Assembly: GCA_049472335.1 (NCBI GenBank)
Contig: JBLIRO010000001.1
Location: forward strand, 87,015-151,014
From: a bacterium
Lineage (GTDB): Bacteria; SZUA-182; DTGQ01; JAFGSM01
DNA length: 64,000 bases
Direction: 5' to 3'
In this document: in pieces, positions 35,701 through 45,593 of the stretch
How the letters are laid out: every line of letters starts with the position of its first letter
Position numbering within the stretch: the stretch's first letter is position 1
Translations under genes and position numbers: made by a program
Notes under the pieces: model-generated
What the model was told of the DNA's origin: nothing
The model's database searches: none
What the model saw: only the letters and a program-made list of their open reading frames with translations

Positions 35701-37319
35701 CCATTTTCATCCCCATAATATATCATTGGCGCACCGGGATATGTCATCTGGAATATTACAGCGGCCCTTAGTTTTGTCCAATCTCCACCGCATCTGTCAA
35801 TGAATCTCCATGTATCATGACTTCCCAGCAGATTCAAAGCCGTTGAATAAGCAGGTTCAGGGTAGCCGGATTTTATCTCATAGAGGGCTTTATCAAACTC
35901 GTCAACCGAGGTCTGTGAGGGATTTCCATCATCGTCAATCCCTGCAAAGAAGTTCTGGACAGCGGCCCTGAATCGATAATTCATGGTCGAATCCCACATT
36001 GTTCCGTCAAGCCATTTTGCTGCATTTCCCCAGTACTCCCCTACGATATAGGCATCGGGATTTGCCTCTTTGACTTTTGTTCGAAAGATCTTCCAGAAAT
36101 CGTCTTCGATCTCATTGGCAACATCGAGCCTCCAGCCATCGATTCCCAAATTGATCCATCTTACGCAAATGGCGTTGTCTCCTGTAATGAAATAATCCCT
36201 TATGCTTTCATTGGTTGTGATGAGATTGGGCAGATGGGCGAATCCCCACCAGGCATCATAATCACCGGTTCGTAAGTATTCGTCATTCTGTGTTTTGCTC
36301 CAGTGATCGAAATAGGATTCACTGGAGTCCTTATTACCATTATTATTGAGATCATCATACCACCGGATCGGCCAGCGATAGATGGTATATAACTTATAGT
36401 AAGGCGATGCCTCTCCCCTTTTTACCACATCATCAAAAAAGGGATGGGCAACACCGGTATGGTTGAAGACGCCGTCAAGTATGATTCTTATTCCCCTGCC
36501 GTGTGCCTCTTTAATCAGCGTTGAAAGGAGCTGGTTGTCACCAAGATTATCATCCACCTTCTCATAGTCCTCGGTGGAATACTTATGATTCGTTCGGGAC
36601 TCAAAGACAGGATTCAGATAAATAGCGGTAATTCCAAGATCATCCGTTGTTTTGGGATCGCCGTCATTTAAATATTTAAGTTTATCAAGGATTCCCTTAA
36701 GATCGCCTCCCATGAAATTTTTTGTCGTAGGTTCAGAGCCCCATTTAACAGTTCCGGGTGGGTCATTAGCACTGTCAGCATTGTAAAACCGCTCAGGGAA
36801 GATCTGGTAAAATACTGCGTTTCTGACCCAATCAGGGGTTTTGAATCCTGAAGTCCCCCCTATGGGAAAATAGGTAAAATCCCCCTCCAAGGGCTTATCA
36901 TCACTCATCCCCTTTGCGTTGTACCAATCCATATCCGAACCATCCACCAACATAAATTTGTAATAGACCTGGGTCGCAGATGCCGGAATTGTCCCTTTCC
37001 AATATCCATACTGATCGTCATTACGATCCCAAACCATGTCAACAAAAAATTCCGATCCGTTCCAATAGCGAATCTTAGCGCCGGTAAGGTCATCCTTGTT
37101 TACTCTCAATACCAATGTAACCCCATCCTTAATAGATGGGAAAAGTGGACTCATATAAATGCCATCCTGATAGTGAAAAATACCATTCCACCAGATATTA
37201 TTATCATGTGCGGCCTGTTCTGCTCTAATTGCAATAGGGCCTGAAACTATCCCGATTAGTAAGGATACTAAAATCACTTGTTTGATAATAATCTTCATTC
37301 TCATTTTAATGTCCTCCAT
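32733..37319 (-). CDS. Secreted multidomain glycoside hydrolase with two GH13 alpha-amylase catalytic domains, LTD, PKD and a CBM25-like starch-binding domain
   Basis: GH13 set 1: FYQIFPERF, ILDGVFNHTG, GWRLDVANE, VGEYW, GSHDTWR. GH13 set 2: VITDRFVNG, ILDIVCNHAS, AFRIDTIAW, MFGENF, FYDNHDMAR. LTD: INEFMPAP…FIELYNTG. PKD: FDASDSTDSDGNIVEYKWDW. C-terminus: HWGINNW…WDNNNGADWHF. Confidence 0.8.
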   Translation of the reverse strand: MEDIKMRMKIIIKQVILVSLLIGIVSGPIAIRAEQAAHDNNIWWNGIFHYQDGIYMSPLFPSIKDGVTLVLRVNKDDLTGAKIRYWNGSEFFVDMVWDRNDDQYGYWKGTIPASATQVYYKFMLVDGSDMDWYNAKGMSDDKPLEGDFTYFPIGGTSGFKTPDWVRNAVFYQIFPERFYNADSANDPPGTVKWGSEPTTKNFMGGDLKGILDKLKYLNDGDPKTTDDLGITAIYLNPVFESRTNHKYSTEDYEKVDDNLGDNQLLSTLIKEAHGRGIRIILDGVFNHTGVAHPFFDDVVKRGEASPYYKLYTIYRWPIRWYDDLNNNGNKDSSESYFDHWSKTQNDEYLRTGDYDAWWGFAHLPNLITTNESIRDYFITGDNAICVRWINLGIDGWRLDVANEIEDDFWKIFRTKVKEANPDAYIVGEYWGNAAKWLDGTMWDSTMNYRFRAAVQNFFAGIDDDGNPSQTSVDEFDKALYEIKSGYPEPAYSTALNLLGSHDTWRFIDRCGGDWTKLRAAVIFQMTYPGAPMIYYGDENGMSQWPGANKDPGNRSAMEWEDYSHPKRAEINELYRKLIKIRLSHDALRSPHIRTIYKHKGNKVYAYARRSSDETVIVVINNSSSPKDATIKLYGLIPEGTNLFDEIHGNTCAVKSDQITVSNVDARDGVILAVKKADDYSALKINEFMPAPSAPNREFIELYNTGTSTIDLSGFKVDNVLNAGRSPKKIPKGTTIKPKDFYLIKMYAYLKNTGDTVNLIDPNGKVIDSYIYSKNPGKNKSIGRYPDGSDIWGTLLKPTPGASNSGSKNVSPTASFIYAPLKPKVSEKIQFDASDSTDSDGNIVEYKWDWKSDGTYDAPGKKASHAYTEPGSYEITLAVIDNSGAENIVTRNVFVVSENGSLKEFYGTTNGFAGENIYFVITDRFVNGNTENDHRDQGRASSYPTWELKMTGDGGQYANIGYMGGDFEGIYENAGYIKDMGFTSIWITPIVDNPDEAFTGGQPCSYGAGIGSDGGKTGYHGYWGVNFYRVDEHYESNGFTFAEFTTKMLHDHGLKIILDIVCNHASPSFTMPNDQPKFGEIYDKNGTLVADHQNLPPANLDYNNPLHRFYNRGGGLAQLSDLREENPDVLAYLAGAYLQWIDQGAYAFRIDTIAWMPHSFWKQFADRIRQNHPDFFMFGENFNYNAGAIAQHQKPENGNISVLDFPGKAAISSVFSGGGSYASLEGYLHLTDGTYTIPYELVTFYDNHDMARMNANENGFIDAHNWLFTTRGIPCIYYGSEKRFMAGKSEHQGNRNYYGELNISEARAGTVYQRLRKIAHVRRKSPALQKGLQVNISLGSNTASLYRVFQHNGVNQTALVLLNKGDSPASFKMTKYMSNGTWTDADSGESYNVTSNELSTSVPPHDVRVFLFNDPVNNGEFISLLTGLMNISGEKVEIDPNPAKPGSDVKVSYRATAEQQIECHWGINNWSGTGTPQGDIPMSWNPEEFVYECMIPVPAQATKLDMVFHNITMNSWDNNNGADWHFKVE

Positions 37320-37800
37320 TAGAGAGATTTAAAAATTTTTTTAAGTCCGTTTTTCTTCAATACTGGTAATCAATGCACGTTTTCAATCAAGGCCCCTATA
37401 TATATAAATAAGGCTATTGGTATTCGGTGAAGTTGGAAAAATGCTTGTGTATGTGAGGGAAGGTATTAAGACCTTCTGGTAATAGGAGAAGCAGATTGAG
37501 TATTAGATATAATATAATTCGTATTTGTGAAAGACTCAACGGGTTCTTAAAAGGGAGTTTCGATAATCTTCAATTTATGATAGTAAAGATCTAAATATAT
37601 TCAAGAATAGTCTCACTCCCCCCTTCGTTAGGAATTATCTATATGCAATTCCCTTTACCCATCCGGGACGTATAATTTTCAGGATTTATTTCAGAATGAT
37701 ATATCAAATTAATAAAACTCTGTCAAGATGGATGGAGGGCCTTTTCTATTTTCAATATTTCTTTTGCGTTAATCATAAAAGCAAGTTCCATCACAAATAA

Positions 37801-39231
37801 CTACTTTGGTGCATCCATTGTCTTTGTAATGCAATGGAGTTGCCCTGCCAAAGGGGTTATGGCGTCGGCTTTAACGGTCACCACATCAAAACCCAGGTTG
37901 GTCCAAATTTTTTTGGCCTCCTCCTCGTAGATTTTATCCTGGGCATAAACCGGCATGAGGAGTTTCCCATTGACCGGCACTACGTTGAGGTATGTCCTCC
38001 AGACCCTGAATCTGGAGGGAAGGCCGGGACAAACAGGAGCCGCAGGAGGTTCCTTGGGCCAGGTATAATTCAAATTTGGAGGGCAATTAGAGGGCATGGG
38101 TATACGTACGATCTTGATTGGCTCTCCTGTTTCGGGATCGACCAGACCGGTTAGTTTGTTGTTGATGTTTTCCTCGATGATGGAGTGATTGATTCGATCC
38201 TGCTGGGGTGTATATTCACCGACCAGAAGCGTTGTCCGATTGGCCCAGGCCAGCCACATGTCAACATGCCCTGTGGCCCAATCATCCAGTGCCTTTACAA
38301 TAACAAGGTTTTCGCACCCAAGCTCCAGGCGAAACATTTCTCTGATCTCGGACTCAGTATAATGGGGATTGGCTTCCAACAGAACAGAACTGGCAATGCA
38401 CAGCCCACCGCCATTTGGCAAGAAGTTACCTCCTTCAAAGTAGAGGTTAAATTCACTTAAAGGCACCCCAATCCTGGAAGCGAAATCAGCAGGCTCAGCA
38501 TCATCCAGAGGCCGGCCCGGATAATAGAGAGGATCTTCTATGGAAAGCTCCTGGGTTTCAATGTCACGGACAAACAAGGGACCGAAGTCACGAATCCAGA
38601 AGGCATCTGTCTCAAAGTCCTGGATCCAATAAACCTCATCGGCCGAGATACCTTCTTGTCTCTCGAGCATATCCGAACAAGTGTTCAAAGTGGTTTCATC
38701 ATCGTCACCAAGATACGAGAACAGGTAGACATAAGGAGTTGTTCCGGATTTCACTGTGGTGCCGATTGTGGTCATCCACATGCGGTCAAATTCATCCGGA
38801 ACGCCATTAGAACTGCACCACCATTCTGTTAGGAGACCATCTATAGGATCAGTTTCATTTGCAGAGATAACCCTTCTCTCAGCAGTTGCACGGCGCACCA
38901 TCGAAAGGCGTGCAAATTGAGGATCTTTTGGATTAGCAGCAAATTGTGCCTGTCGTTTGGCAACAATATTACGCCAGGGCTCAGGAGACCTCTTTTGAAA
39001 AATCCTTCTTCGGCCCGTTGTGCCTTCTCTGGAAAAATCCCTTCTTAGGCTGGCCGATAATTCTTCCGGGAGACTTCTCCTTTGATTGTCAGCGCAGTTA
39101 TAACTTGTTTCAACAACCTGCTCTTCAGAATCACAAGGGCATTTCCCTGCCGTTAAAGTTGGATCAAATAGAAAATATAGGAAAGGAATAACCACCACCA
39201 TCACAATGATTTTTTTTGCTGCCTTTTTCAT
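37801..39231 (-). CDS. Agmatine deiminase / PAD_porph family (guanidino-group modifying) protein, secreted
   Basis: N-terminal signal-like segment, then FWIRDFGP, FEGGNF, TGHVDMW and GQLHCITKT (Cys nucleophile motif). Confidence 0.7.
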   Translation of the reverse strand: MKKAAKKIIVMVVVIPFLYFLFDPTLTAGKCPCDSEEQVVETSYNCADNQRRSLPEELSASLRRDFSREGTTGRRRIFQKRSPEPWRNIVAKRQAQFAANPKDPQFARLSMVRRATAERRVISANETDPIDGLLTEWWCSSNGVPDEFDRMWMTTIGTTVKSGTTPYVYLFSYLGDDDETTLNTCSDMLERQEGISADEVYWIQDFETDAFWIRDFGPLFVRDIETQELSIEDPLYYPGRPLDDAEPADFASRIGVPLSEFNLYFEGGNFLPNGGGLCIASSVLLEANPHYTESEIREMFRLELGCENLVIVKALDDWATGHVDMWLAWANRTTLLVGEYTPQQDRINHSIIEENINNKLTGLVDPETGEPIKIVRIPMPSNCPPNLNYTWPKEPPAAPVCPGLPSRFRVWRTYLNVVPVNGKLLMPVYAQDKIYEEEAKKIWTNLGFDVVTVKADAITPLAGQLHCITKTMDAPK

Positions 39232-39389
39232 CTTCTCCTCCTTCCCCCCCTAACATATATCTTCTTTTTTTGCTATCCTATAAAACAATATATCGATAAT
39301 CGCAAATATTGTCAACAAAAACAATAAATAATAATATAAATAATACAAAAATATCATTTTAATAAATTATTTGATAGTGTTTTTTATAT

Positions 39390-39965
39390 TCATTTCATTA
39401 CAGCTTCATCAAGTTCTTCCCAAAATCTTTTTCGCTTTTCAGAATCCGGCTCAGATTTCGTCGGAAACTCCAAAAAAGGCACTTTGATATTATCCAATGC
39501 AAACTCTTCAGACAAAATCTCAGCCATTATCCCCATCAAGACAGGATCGTCCGGATCCGGATCATCAACAGGATTAGGGGATTCTGTCTGATACTTGTTA
39601 ACCTTGTGTTTTCCCCAGTGAATTCCGCAGGTCGGGCTATTTTCAAGGCCTATATAACAAACAAGATGGTATTTGTTCTTCAAAAACTCTCTAACCATCA
39701 ATATGGGTATCTTAAGCAGTTCCTTACAGTGGTTTCTAAAAAAGATATTATCATATTGCTGCCTTCCCTGTGGATTGCGCATTAAACCCATAGCAGTCGT
39801 TTCCGGACAGGGATACTGTATGATACCTATTTTTCGAGTCATTAAAAAATCCGTCAGCTCGTGAGATAAGGGGAAGTTTTGCCCTAAAATATGAACCCTG
39901 CAATAGGGATTTATCAGACATTGCGCGATAAGGACAACCTTTTTATTCCTTTTACTCATCTTCAA
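39390..39965 (-). CDS. Hypothetical Cys-containing protein (possibly DUF523/TudS-related)
   Basis: 191 aa with IAQCLINPYCR and YPCPE motifs. The family assignment is from memory only. Confidence 0.35.
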   Translation of the reverse strand: MKMSKRNKKVVLIAQCLINPYCRVHILGQNFPLSHELTDFLMTRKIGIIQYPCPETTAMGLMRNPQGRQQYDNIFFRNHCKELLKIPILMVREFLKNKYHLVCYIGLENSPTCGIHWGKHKVNKYQTESPNPVDDPDPDDPVLMGIMAEILSEEFALDNIKVPFLEFPTKSEPDSEKRKRFWEELDEAVMK

Positions 39966-40136
39966 ATCCTTCCTGAATTATAATATTTTTAAACAACTAA
40001 AAATTCATGATAACATGAAGCTATATATTAATCCACATGAAAAAAATATGATTTTATATAAATCCTGTTTGTACTATTGTAAACCGAAGAACATTTTTGC
40101 ATAATAGCATAATATAAGGAGCTTCTTTTAATTTTC

Positions 40137-41531
40137 ATGATAAGAGGTAAAATGCTATCTAAAGATCTTTTTATAAGGCAGCAGATATTTTATCGCTCAG
40201 GGCAGACCCTTCGGTTTGATTTTCGAAGGCAGGGTTTAGAAAGATTAAAGACCCTTATTATAAAATATGAATCAGAATTACTGGAGGCGATTTATCAGGA
40301 CCTCCATAAATCAAAAATTGAATCCTATACATCTGAAATTGGTATTGTATTAAATGAAATAGATCACACCTTAAAACATTTGAAACACTGGACCAGACCC
40401 GTTAAACGCAAAACACCCTGGCTGGATTGGCCCGGGAAAAGTCTTCTCTATCCTGAACCAAAAGGTTTGGTCCTGATAATAGGCCCCTGGAATTATCCTT
40501 TTGTTTTGATCATGTCTCCATTGATCGGCGCTCTGGCAGCCGGTAATTGCGCTATGCTCAAACCATCTGAATTCGCTCCTCATACCGGCAGGGCTCTGGA
40601 AAAGCTTATACAGGAATGTTTTCCGGATGAATACTGCTGTGTCATACAGGGAGATGCCGGCATAGCACAACAGCTAATAGATAATCCTTGGGACCATATA
40701 TTTTTTACAGGCAGCACGTCCCTAGGTAAGCTAATCATGAAATCCGCCGCCAAGCATCTCTCCCCTGTCACCCTGGAGCTGGGCGGCAAAAATCCCTGTA
40801 TTGTCATGGAGGATAGTGATTTGTCAATCACTTCCGAACGTATCGCCTGGGGGAAATTTCTGAATGCCGGACAAACCTGCGTGGCGCCTGATTATCTGTT
40901 AGTCCATAGAAACATAGAGGATCAATTTGTTACAGCCCTGAAAAAAATCATCCACAGATTTTACGGATCCGATCCCCAAACGAGTCCGGACTATGCCAGG
41001 ATTATAAATCATAGGCATTTCGACAGGCTGATAAGCTGCCTGGAGGATGTGAAAATTCTTTTTGGCGGACATCATGATCGGGATGATCTTTATATCTCCC
41101 CGACTTTGGTCTCTGATATCAAATCAAATGAACGCCTTATGCGGGAAGAAATCTTTGGCCCTATCTTGCCCGTTTTGACCTTTGAGAATATTGAAGAGCT
41201 TATAAAAGATTTACAGACGAAGCCTAAGCCACTGGCCCTTTATCTGTTTACAAAAAACAGGCTTTGGCAGGAAGAGGTTTGTGCCCGTCTTTCTTCCGGG
41301 AGTCTTGCCATTAATGAGACAATAAGTCAAATCAGCAATCTGAATCTGCCTTTTGGCGGAGTGGGTGAAAGCGGAATGGGTGCTTACCATGGCCGCAGCA
41401 GCTTTGATTGCTTTTCGCATTATAAAAGTGTATTGATCAAGGGGTATCACTATCATAACAAATTAAGATATCCCCCTTACAGGATGAGCTTGCCTCAATT
41501 AAAAAAGATCTTTAAGATCATTATAAAATAA
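40137..41531 (+). CDS. Aldehyde dehydrogenase, class 3-like
   Basis: LELGGKNPCIV, GQTCVAPDY (catalytic Cys) and EEIFGPILPV. Confidence 0.85.
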   Translation: MIRGKMLSKDLFIRQQIFYRSGQTLRFDFRRQGLERLKTLIIKYESELLEAIYQDLHKSKIESYTSEIGIVLNEIDHTLKHLKHWTRPVKRKTPWLDWPGKSLLYPEPKGLVLIIGPWNYPFVLIMSPLIGALAAGNCAMLKPSEFAPHTGRALEKLIQECFPDEYCCVIQGDAGIAQQLIDNPWDHIFFTGSTSLGKLIMKSAAKHLSPVTLELGGKNPCIVMEDSDLSITSERIAWGKFLNAGQTCVAPDYLLVHRNIEDQFVTALKKIIHRFYGSDPQTSPDYARIINHRHFDRLISCLEDVKILFGGHHDRDDLYISPTLVSDIKSNERLMREEIFGPILPVLTFENIEELIKDLQTKPKPLALYLFTKNRLWQEEVCARLSSGSLAINETISQISNLNLPFGGVGESGMGAYHGRSSFDCFSHYKSVLIKGYHYHNKLRYPPYRMSLPQLKKIFKIIIK

Positions 41532-41635
41532 ATATATAATTTCAGGCGATTGCAGGATATTGAGTTGGTTAAAATGCATTGAAAAAGAAACGTTTATTTT
41601 AAAACAACTAAGATGTTAAAAACAGGAGAGTTTCT

Positions 41636-43153
41636 ATGAGTGCCTCAGAGCGACAAAAAATCATTGTGATCGGAGCCGGTTTGGGAGGCATCTCCGCCGC
41701 AATATCCATGGCATCCGAAGGCTTTGATGTGGAACTGTTTGAAAAAAACGAGCGAATAGGAGGCAAACTCAATATACTGCATAAAGATGGCTACACCTTT
41801 GATCTCGGCCCTTCAATCCTTATCCTGCCTGATATATTCAGAAGGCTTTTTGAGGCGGCCGGAGAAAGGATAGAGGATTATCTTGAGCTTATAGAAATGA
41901 ATCCCCAATGGAGAAATTTCTTTGAAGATAAAACAGTAATCGATTTATATGCGGATATAAGGGAAATGGAAACCCAGCTTGCAAAATTTCTACCCAAGGA
42001 TGTGGAAGGTTATTATTCATTTATCGATTATTCCCGCAAGTTATGGAAATTCGCGGAAGAGGCTTATTTTGCCAGAGGGGCCGATTATATCAAAGACATC
42101 ACAGCAGGCTATAAAATACTGGAGCTTATAGACAGATCGGACTATTTTTCTTCAATGGCACGCGGTATCGAAAGATATATCAGAAATCCGTATCTTAAAA
42201 ATATCATGAATTTCTTTATTAAATACATAGGATCATCTTCATATAATGCACCGGCTATTTTTAATCTTCTTCCCTATTCCCAACTGGCATACGGAGAGTG
42301 GTATGTGAAGGGCGGCATGTATAATATCGCTGAAAGTTTTGGCAGGCTTCTCGATAAATTAGGTGTCCGAACTCATTTGAATTCCGAGGTTGTGGAAATA
42401 ACCAAGGAACGCCCGAAGGTGAAAGGTATCCGCCTAAAAGACGGCACATTCAAATCTTCTGACATCATCATCTCCAATATGGAGGTGATTCCTGCATATA
42501 ATCAATTACTCAACGAAGAAGACCAAGGCTTTTTGGCGGATTATGAAAAAAAATTCGAGCCATCCTGTTCAGGGCTGGTTATACACCTAGGCGTTGACAG
42601 GGAATACCCTCAATTGCAGCATCATAATTTCTTTTTTTCCAAAAACCAGAAAAAACATTTCGAGGACGTGTACAACAAAAAGATCATCCCTGATGATCCT
42701 ACCATCTATCTTGTCGCACCCACTAGAACGGATAAAACGCTGGCTCCGGAGGGGCATGAAATAATCAAGATACTCCCGCATATTCCTTATATTCAGGAAC
42801 CGCCATTTGAAAAGGGGGAATATGAGAGCTTAAAGGAAAGATTATACATAAAGCTTGAAAGGATGGGCCTTGAGAATCTCAGGAGCCATATAGTAGTCGA
42901 AGATATGCTTGTACCGGATGATATTCAGAGGATGTACCTTTCGAATAAGGGTTCCATATATGGAATTGTAGCTGACAAAAAGAAAAACAGAGGAATACGC
43001 GCCCCTCAGCGAAGCGAAAGGTATAATAATCTGTATTTTGTAGGGGGCAGTGTCAATCCGGGGAGCGGTATGCCCATGGTCTTATATTCCGGACAGATGA
43101 TAAAAAATAAAATACTGGATGATTTAAATAAACAAGGAGGCTATCGTGAATAA
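41636..43153 (+). CDS. Phytoene-desaturase-family FAD oxidoreductase (CrtN/CrtI-like)
   Basis: IIVIGAGLGGISAAI dinucleotide-binding motif and C-terminal YFVGGSVNPGSGMP, 505 aa. Confidence 0.75.
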   Translation: MSASERQKIIVIGAGLGGISAAISMASEGFDVELFEKNERIGGKLNILHKDGYTFDLGPSILILPDIFRRLFEAAGERIEDYLELIEMNPQWRNFFEDKTVIDLYADIREMETQLAKFLPKDVEGYYSFIDYSRKLWKFAEEAYFARGADYIKDITAGYKILELIDRSDYFSSMARGIERYIRNPYLKNIMNFFIKYIGSSSYNAPAIFNLLPYSQLAYGEWYVKGGMYNIAESFGRLLDKLGVRTHLNSEVVEITKERPKVKGIRLKDGTFKSSDIIISNMEVIPAYNQLLNEEDQGFLADYEKKFEPSCSGLVIHLGVDREYPQLQHHNFFFSKNQKKHFEDVYNKKIIPDDPTIYLVAPTRTDKTLAPEGHEIIKILPHIPYIQEPPFEKGEYESLKERLYIKLERMGLENLRSHIVVEDMLVPDDIQRMYLSNKGSIYGIVADKKKNRGIRAPQRSERYNNLYFVGGSVNPGSGMPMVLYSGQMIKNKILDDLNKQGGYRE

Positions 43154-44630
43154 AAAAAAGACAATCATCATCGGGGCGGGGCCCGGCGGGCTCACGGCAG
43201 GGATGCTTCTGGCAAGCAGGGGATTTGAAGTACATATATTTGAAACAAAGGATTATATCGGGGGGAGAAACTCACCTGTAAAATTGGATGGATATACCTT
43301 TGAACTGGGTCCTACCTTTTTAATGATGAAATTCATACTCGAAGAGATCTTTGAAATGTCAGGGAGAAAAATCCGGGATTATTTAGACATCCGGGAGGTT
43401 GACCCTATGTATCGCCTGGTATACAGTGGTGACAGAGAATTTCTGCCGTCGCACGCGGACCGGAATTCCTCCATTCAACAACTGGAAAAAATTTTTCCCG
43501 GAAGCTCGGCTGGATACAAAAAATTCCTTGAAAGGGAAAAGATCAAATTCGACCGGCTGATGCCATGTCTTCAGGTGCCCTATGAGAAACTTAGTGACCT
43601 TTTTTCAAAAAGGCTTCTCAGAGCCAGCACCTACCTGGATGCCCATAAAAATATCTTCCAGCACATGGGAAGATATTTCGATGATGATGACCTGAGAATC
43701 ACCTTTACCTTTCAGGCCAAATATCTTGGCATGTCTCCCTGGGAATGCCCGGGGACATTCAGTATAATCTCATTTATAGAACATGATGGAGGCATATGGC
43801 ATCCTATCGGCGGACTTAATCAGATCTCGAATGCCATGGCGAAGGCTATTAAAGAATATGACGGCAAAATTCATCTCTCTGAGGGAGTAAAAGAACTTCT
43901 CGTGGAAAACGGAGAAGCTGTAGGAGTTTGTCTGGAAAGCGGCGGCAAGGTTATGGGTGACCACATCATCATCAATGCTGATTTTGCATATGCCATGAAT
44001 ACCATAGTCAAAAAAGAACACCTTAAAAAATGGACACCCGAATATTTAGAGAAGAAGAAATATTCCTGCTCAACCTTCATGCTCTACCTGGGAGTAAATA
44101 AGAGATATGATGACATACCACATCACAATATCCTTTTCGCGGATGATTACAAAAAAAATGTCACGGAGATCTCCAGGACAAAGGTCCTCTCGGACGATCC
44201 CTCGGTCTATGTTCAAAATGCCTGCAGGACCGATCCCACATTGGCCCCTGAAGGGAAATCCACCATATATGTCCTTGTTCCTGTTCCCAACAATACTTCA
44301 GGTATAGACTGGGAAAAGGAACAGGGAAGGTTCAGGGACAAGATCGTCCGGATCTGCGAGACAAAGGGAGGACTGAAGGATTTACATAAACATATCGAGG
44401 TTGAAAAGATAATATCACCGAAGGACTGGGAAACCGACAAGCTTGTTTATCGCGGCGCCACCTTCAACATGGCGCACAATATCGGACAGATGCTCATTTT
44501 CAGGCCGCACAATAGGTTCGAAGACATTAAAAATTGTTATCTGGTCGGAGGTGGCACACACCCGGGAAGCGGTCTTCCTACAATCTATGAATCAGGAAGA
44601 ATTACCGCTGATCATATTAGTAAAAAATAA
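43146..44630 (+). CDS. Second phytoene-desaturase-family oxidoreductase (CrtN/CrtP-like)
   Basis: IIIGAGPGGLTAGMLLA and C-terminal YLVGGGTHPGSGLP. The GTG start overlaps the previous stop by 8 nt. Confidence 0.75.
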   Translation: MNKKKTIIIGAGPGGLTAGMLLASRGFEVHIFETKDYIGGRNSPVKLDGYTFELGPTFLMMKFILEEIFEMSGRKIRDYLDIREVDPMYRLVYSGDREFLPSHADRNSSIQQLEKIFPGSSAGYKKFLEREKIKFDRLMPCLQVPYEKLSDLFSKRLLRASTYLDAHKNIFQHMGRYFDDDDLRITFTFQAKYLGMSPWECPGTFSIISFIEHDGGIWHPIGGLNQISNAMAKAIKEYDGKIHLSEGVKELLVENGEAVGVCLESGGKVMGDHIIINADFAYAMNTIVKKEHLKKWTPEYLEKKKYSCSTFMLYLGVNKRYDDIPHHNILFADDYKKNVTEISRTKVLSDDPSVYVQNACRTDPTLAPEGKSTIYVLVPVPNNTSGIDWEKEQGRFRDKIVRICETKGGLKDLHKHIEVEKIISPKDWETDKLVYRGATFNMAHNIGQMLIFRPHNRFEDIKNCYLVGGGTHPGSGLPTIYESGRITADHISKK

Positions 44631-44759
44631 AGAAACTACTCAAAAAGGGATTTAATGCTTTTTTTATATATTTAATTTTTTTCCAGGAGAGATCCAAAAG
44701 TGTAAGCCCTCTCCAGAATCGGGTTTTATGAAACCAATCAATTATAATGAGAGTATAAA

Positions 44760-45083
44760 TTAATTAAGAAGATTGCCTGTAGTAATAATTTCACGAACAT
44801 AAGGATTACTCATGTCAAAATCTGATTTGCAGAATGGATGTGGTTCTAGTCTCGTATCTACCTTTCGTCCTATTTTCATCAGCTCAAATTGAGCTTCGAA
44901 AATATCTGGCTTCCATTCTTTAGCAACAATAGCAAGGTCTATATCGCTATCTGCATCCGGATTGCCTTTAGCATAAGAACCATATAAGTATACCTGTTCA
45001 AAAGGTATATGATTTGCTCGGACTAAATCAAGAAATTGATTTATGATTTTTATTACTTCTTCCGAAGCAGTTTTATCAACCAT
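44760..45083 (-). CDS. Nucleotidyltransferase-domain protein (MNT-type antitoxin)
   Basis: YLYGSYAKGNPDADSDIDLAIV (GS-x10-DxD). It overlaps the upstream HEPN gene. Confidence 0.75.
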   Translation of the reverse strand: MVDKTASEEVIKIINQFLDLVRANHIPFEQVYLYGSYAKGNPDADSDIDLAIVAKEWKPDIFEAQFELMKIGRKVDTRLEPHPFCKSDFDMSNPYVREIITTGNLLN

Positions 45084-45448
45084 GATCTAAGCCCCTTAAT
45101 CCTATCAAGATTGTTTCTGGTGTATTCCATGGTACATTTTTTATAAAATTCTTGTTTATAGTCAGGGTATCGGGCATTCAGATTAAAAGTTGTGATGAGT
45201 TGTAAATTATCCTTTTGTTTTTCAGACAATTTTAGATTTGCTTTTTCTGCCAGGTATAATAAGTTATGCTGACGGGGTGGATTATCAGAAATAGTTTTTA
45301 CATAATAAGCCTTTATTAGTTTTTCAACAACAAGATGTCCTATAAACAAAGCCCAAGAATAGTCCTGACTTTCGAATAGATGATTCATCGCAGCAAAATC
45401 TTTATCAGAAGAATTGATCCAATATTCTATAATTTCGTTTTTAGTCAT
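45053..45448 (-). CDS. HEPN-domain protein (toxin partner of the MNT gene)
   Basis: ALFIGHLVVEKLIKAYY…RQHNLLYLAEKA…NARYPDY. The ATG at 45448 is chosen; the track start at 45490 is a TTG. Confidence 0.65.
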   Translation of the reverse strand: MTKNEIIEYWINSSDKDFAAMNHLFESQDYSWALFIGHLVVEKLIKAYYVKTISDNPPRQHNLLYLAEKANLKLSEKQKDNLQLITTFNLNARYPDYKQEFYKKCTMEYTRNNLDRIKGLRSWLIKLLRKK

Positions 45449-45593
45449 AGGGGATTTGCTCTTATTTTTTAATCTGTTATAAAATACCAAAATAGGTTGA
45501 ATATGTCAATTTGAATAGATTTCAATGTCATAAACTTTTAATTTTTGAGCAGCTTATGAAAATAAACATCTTCGAGACTAAAAAAATTAATTG

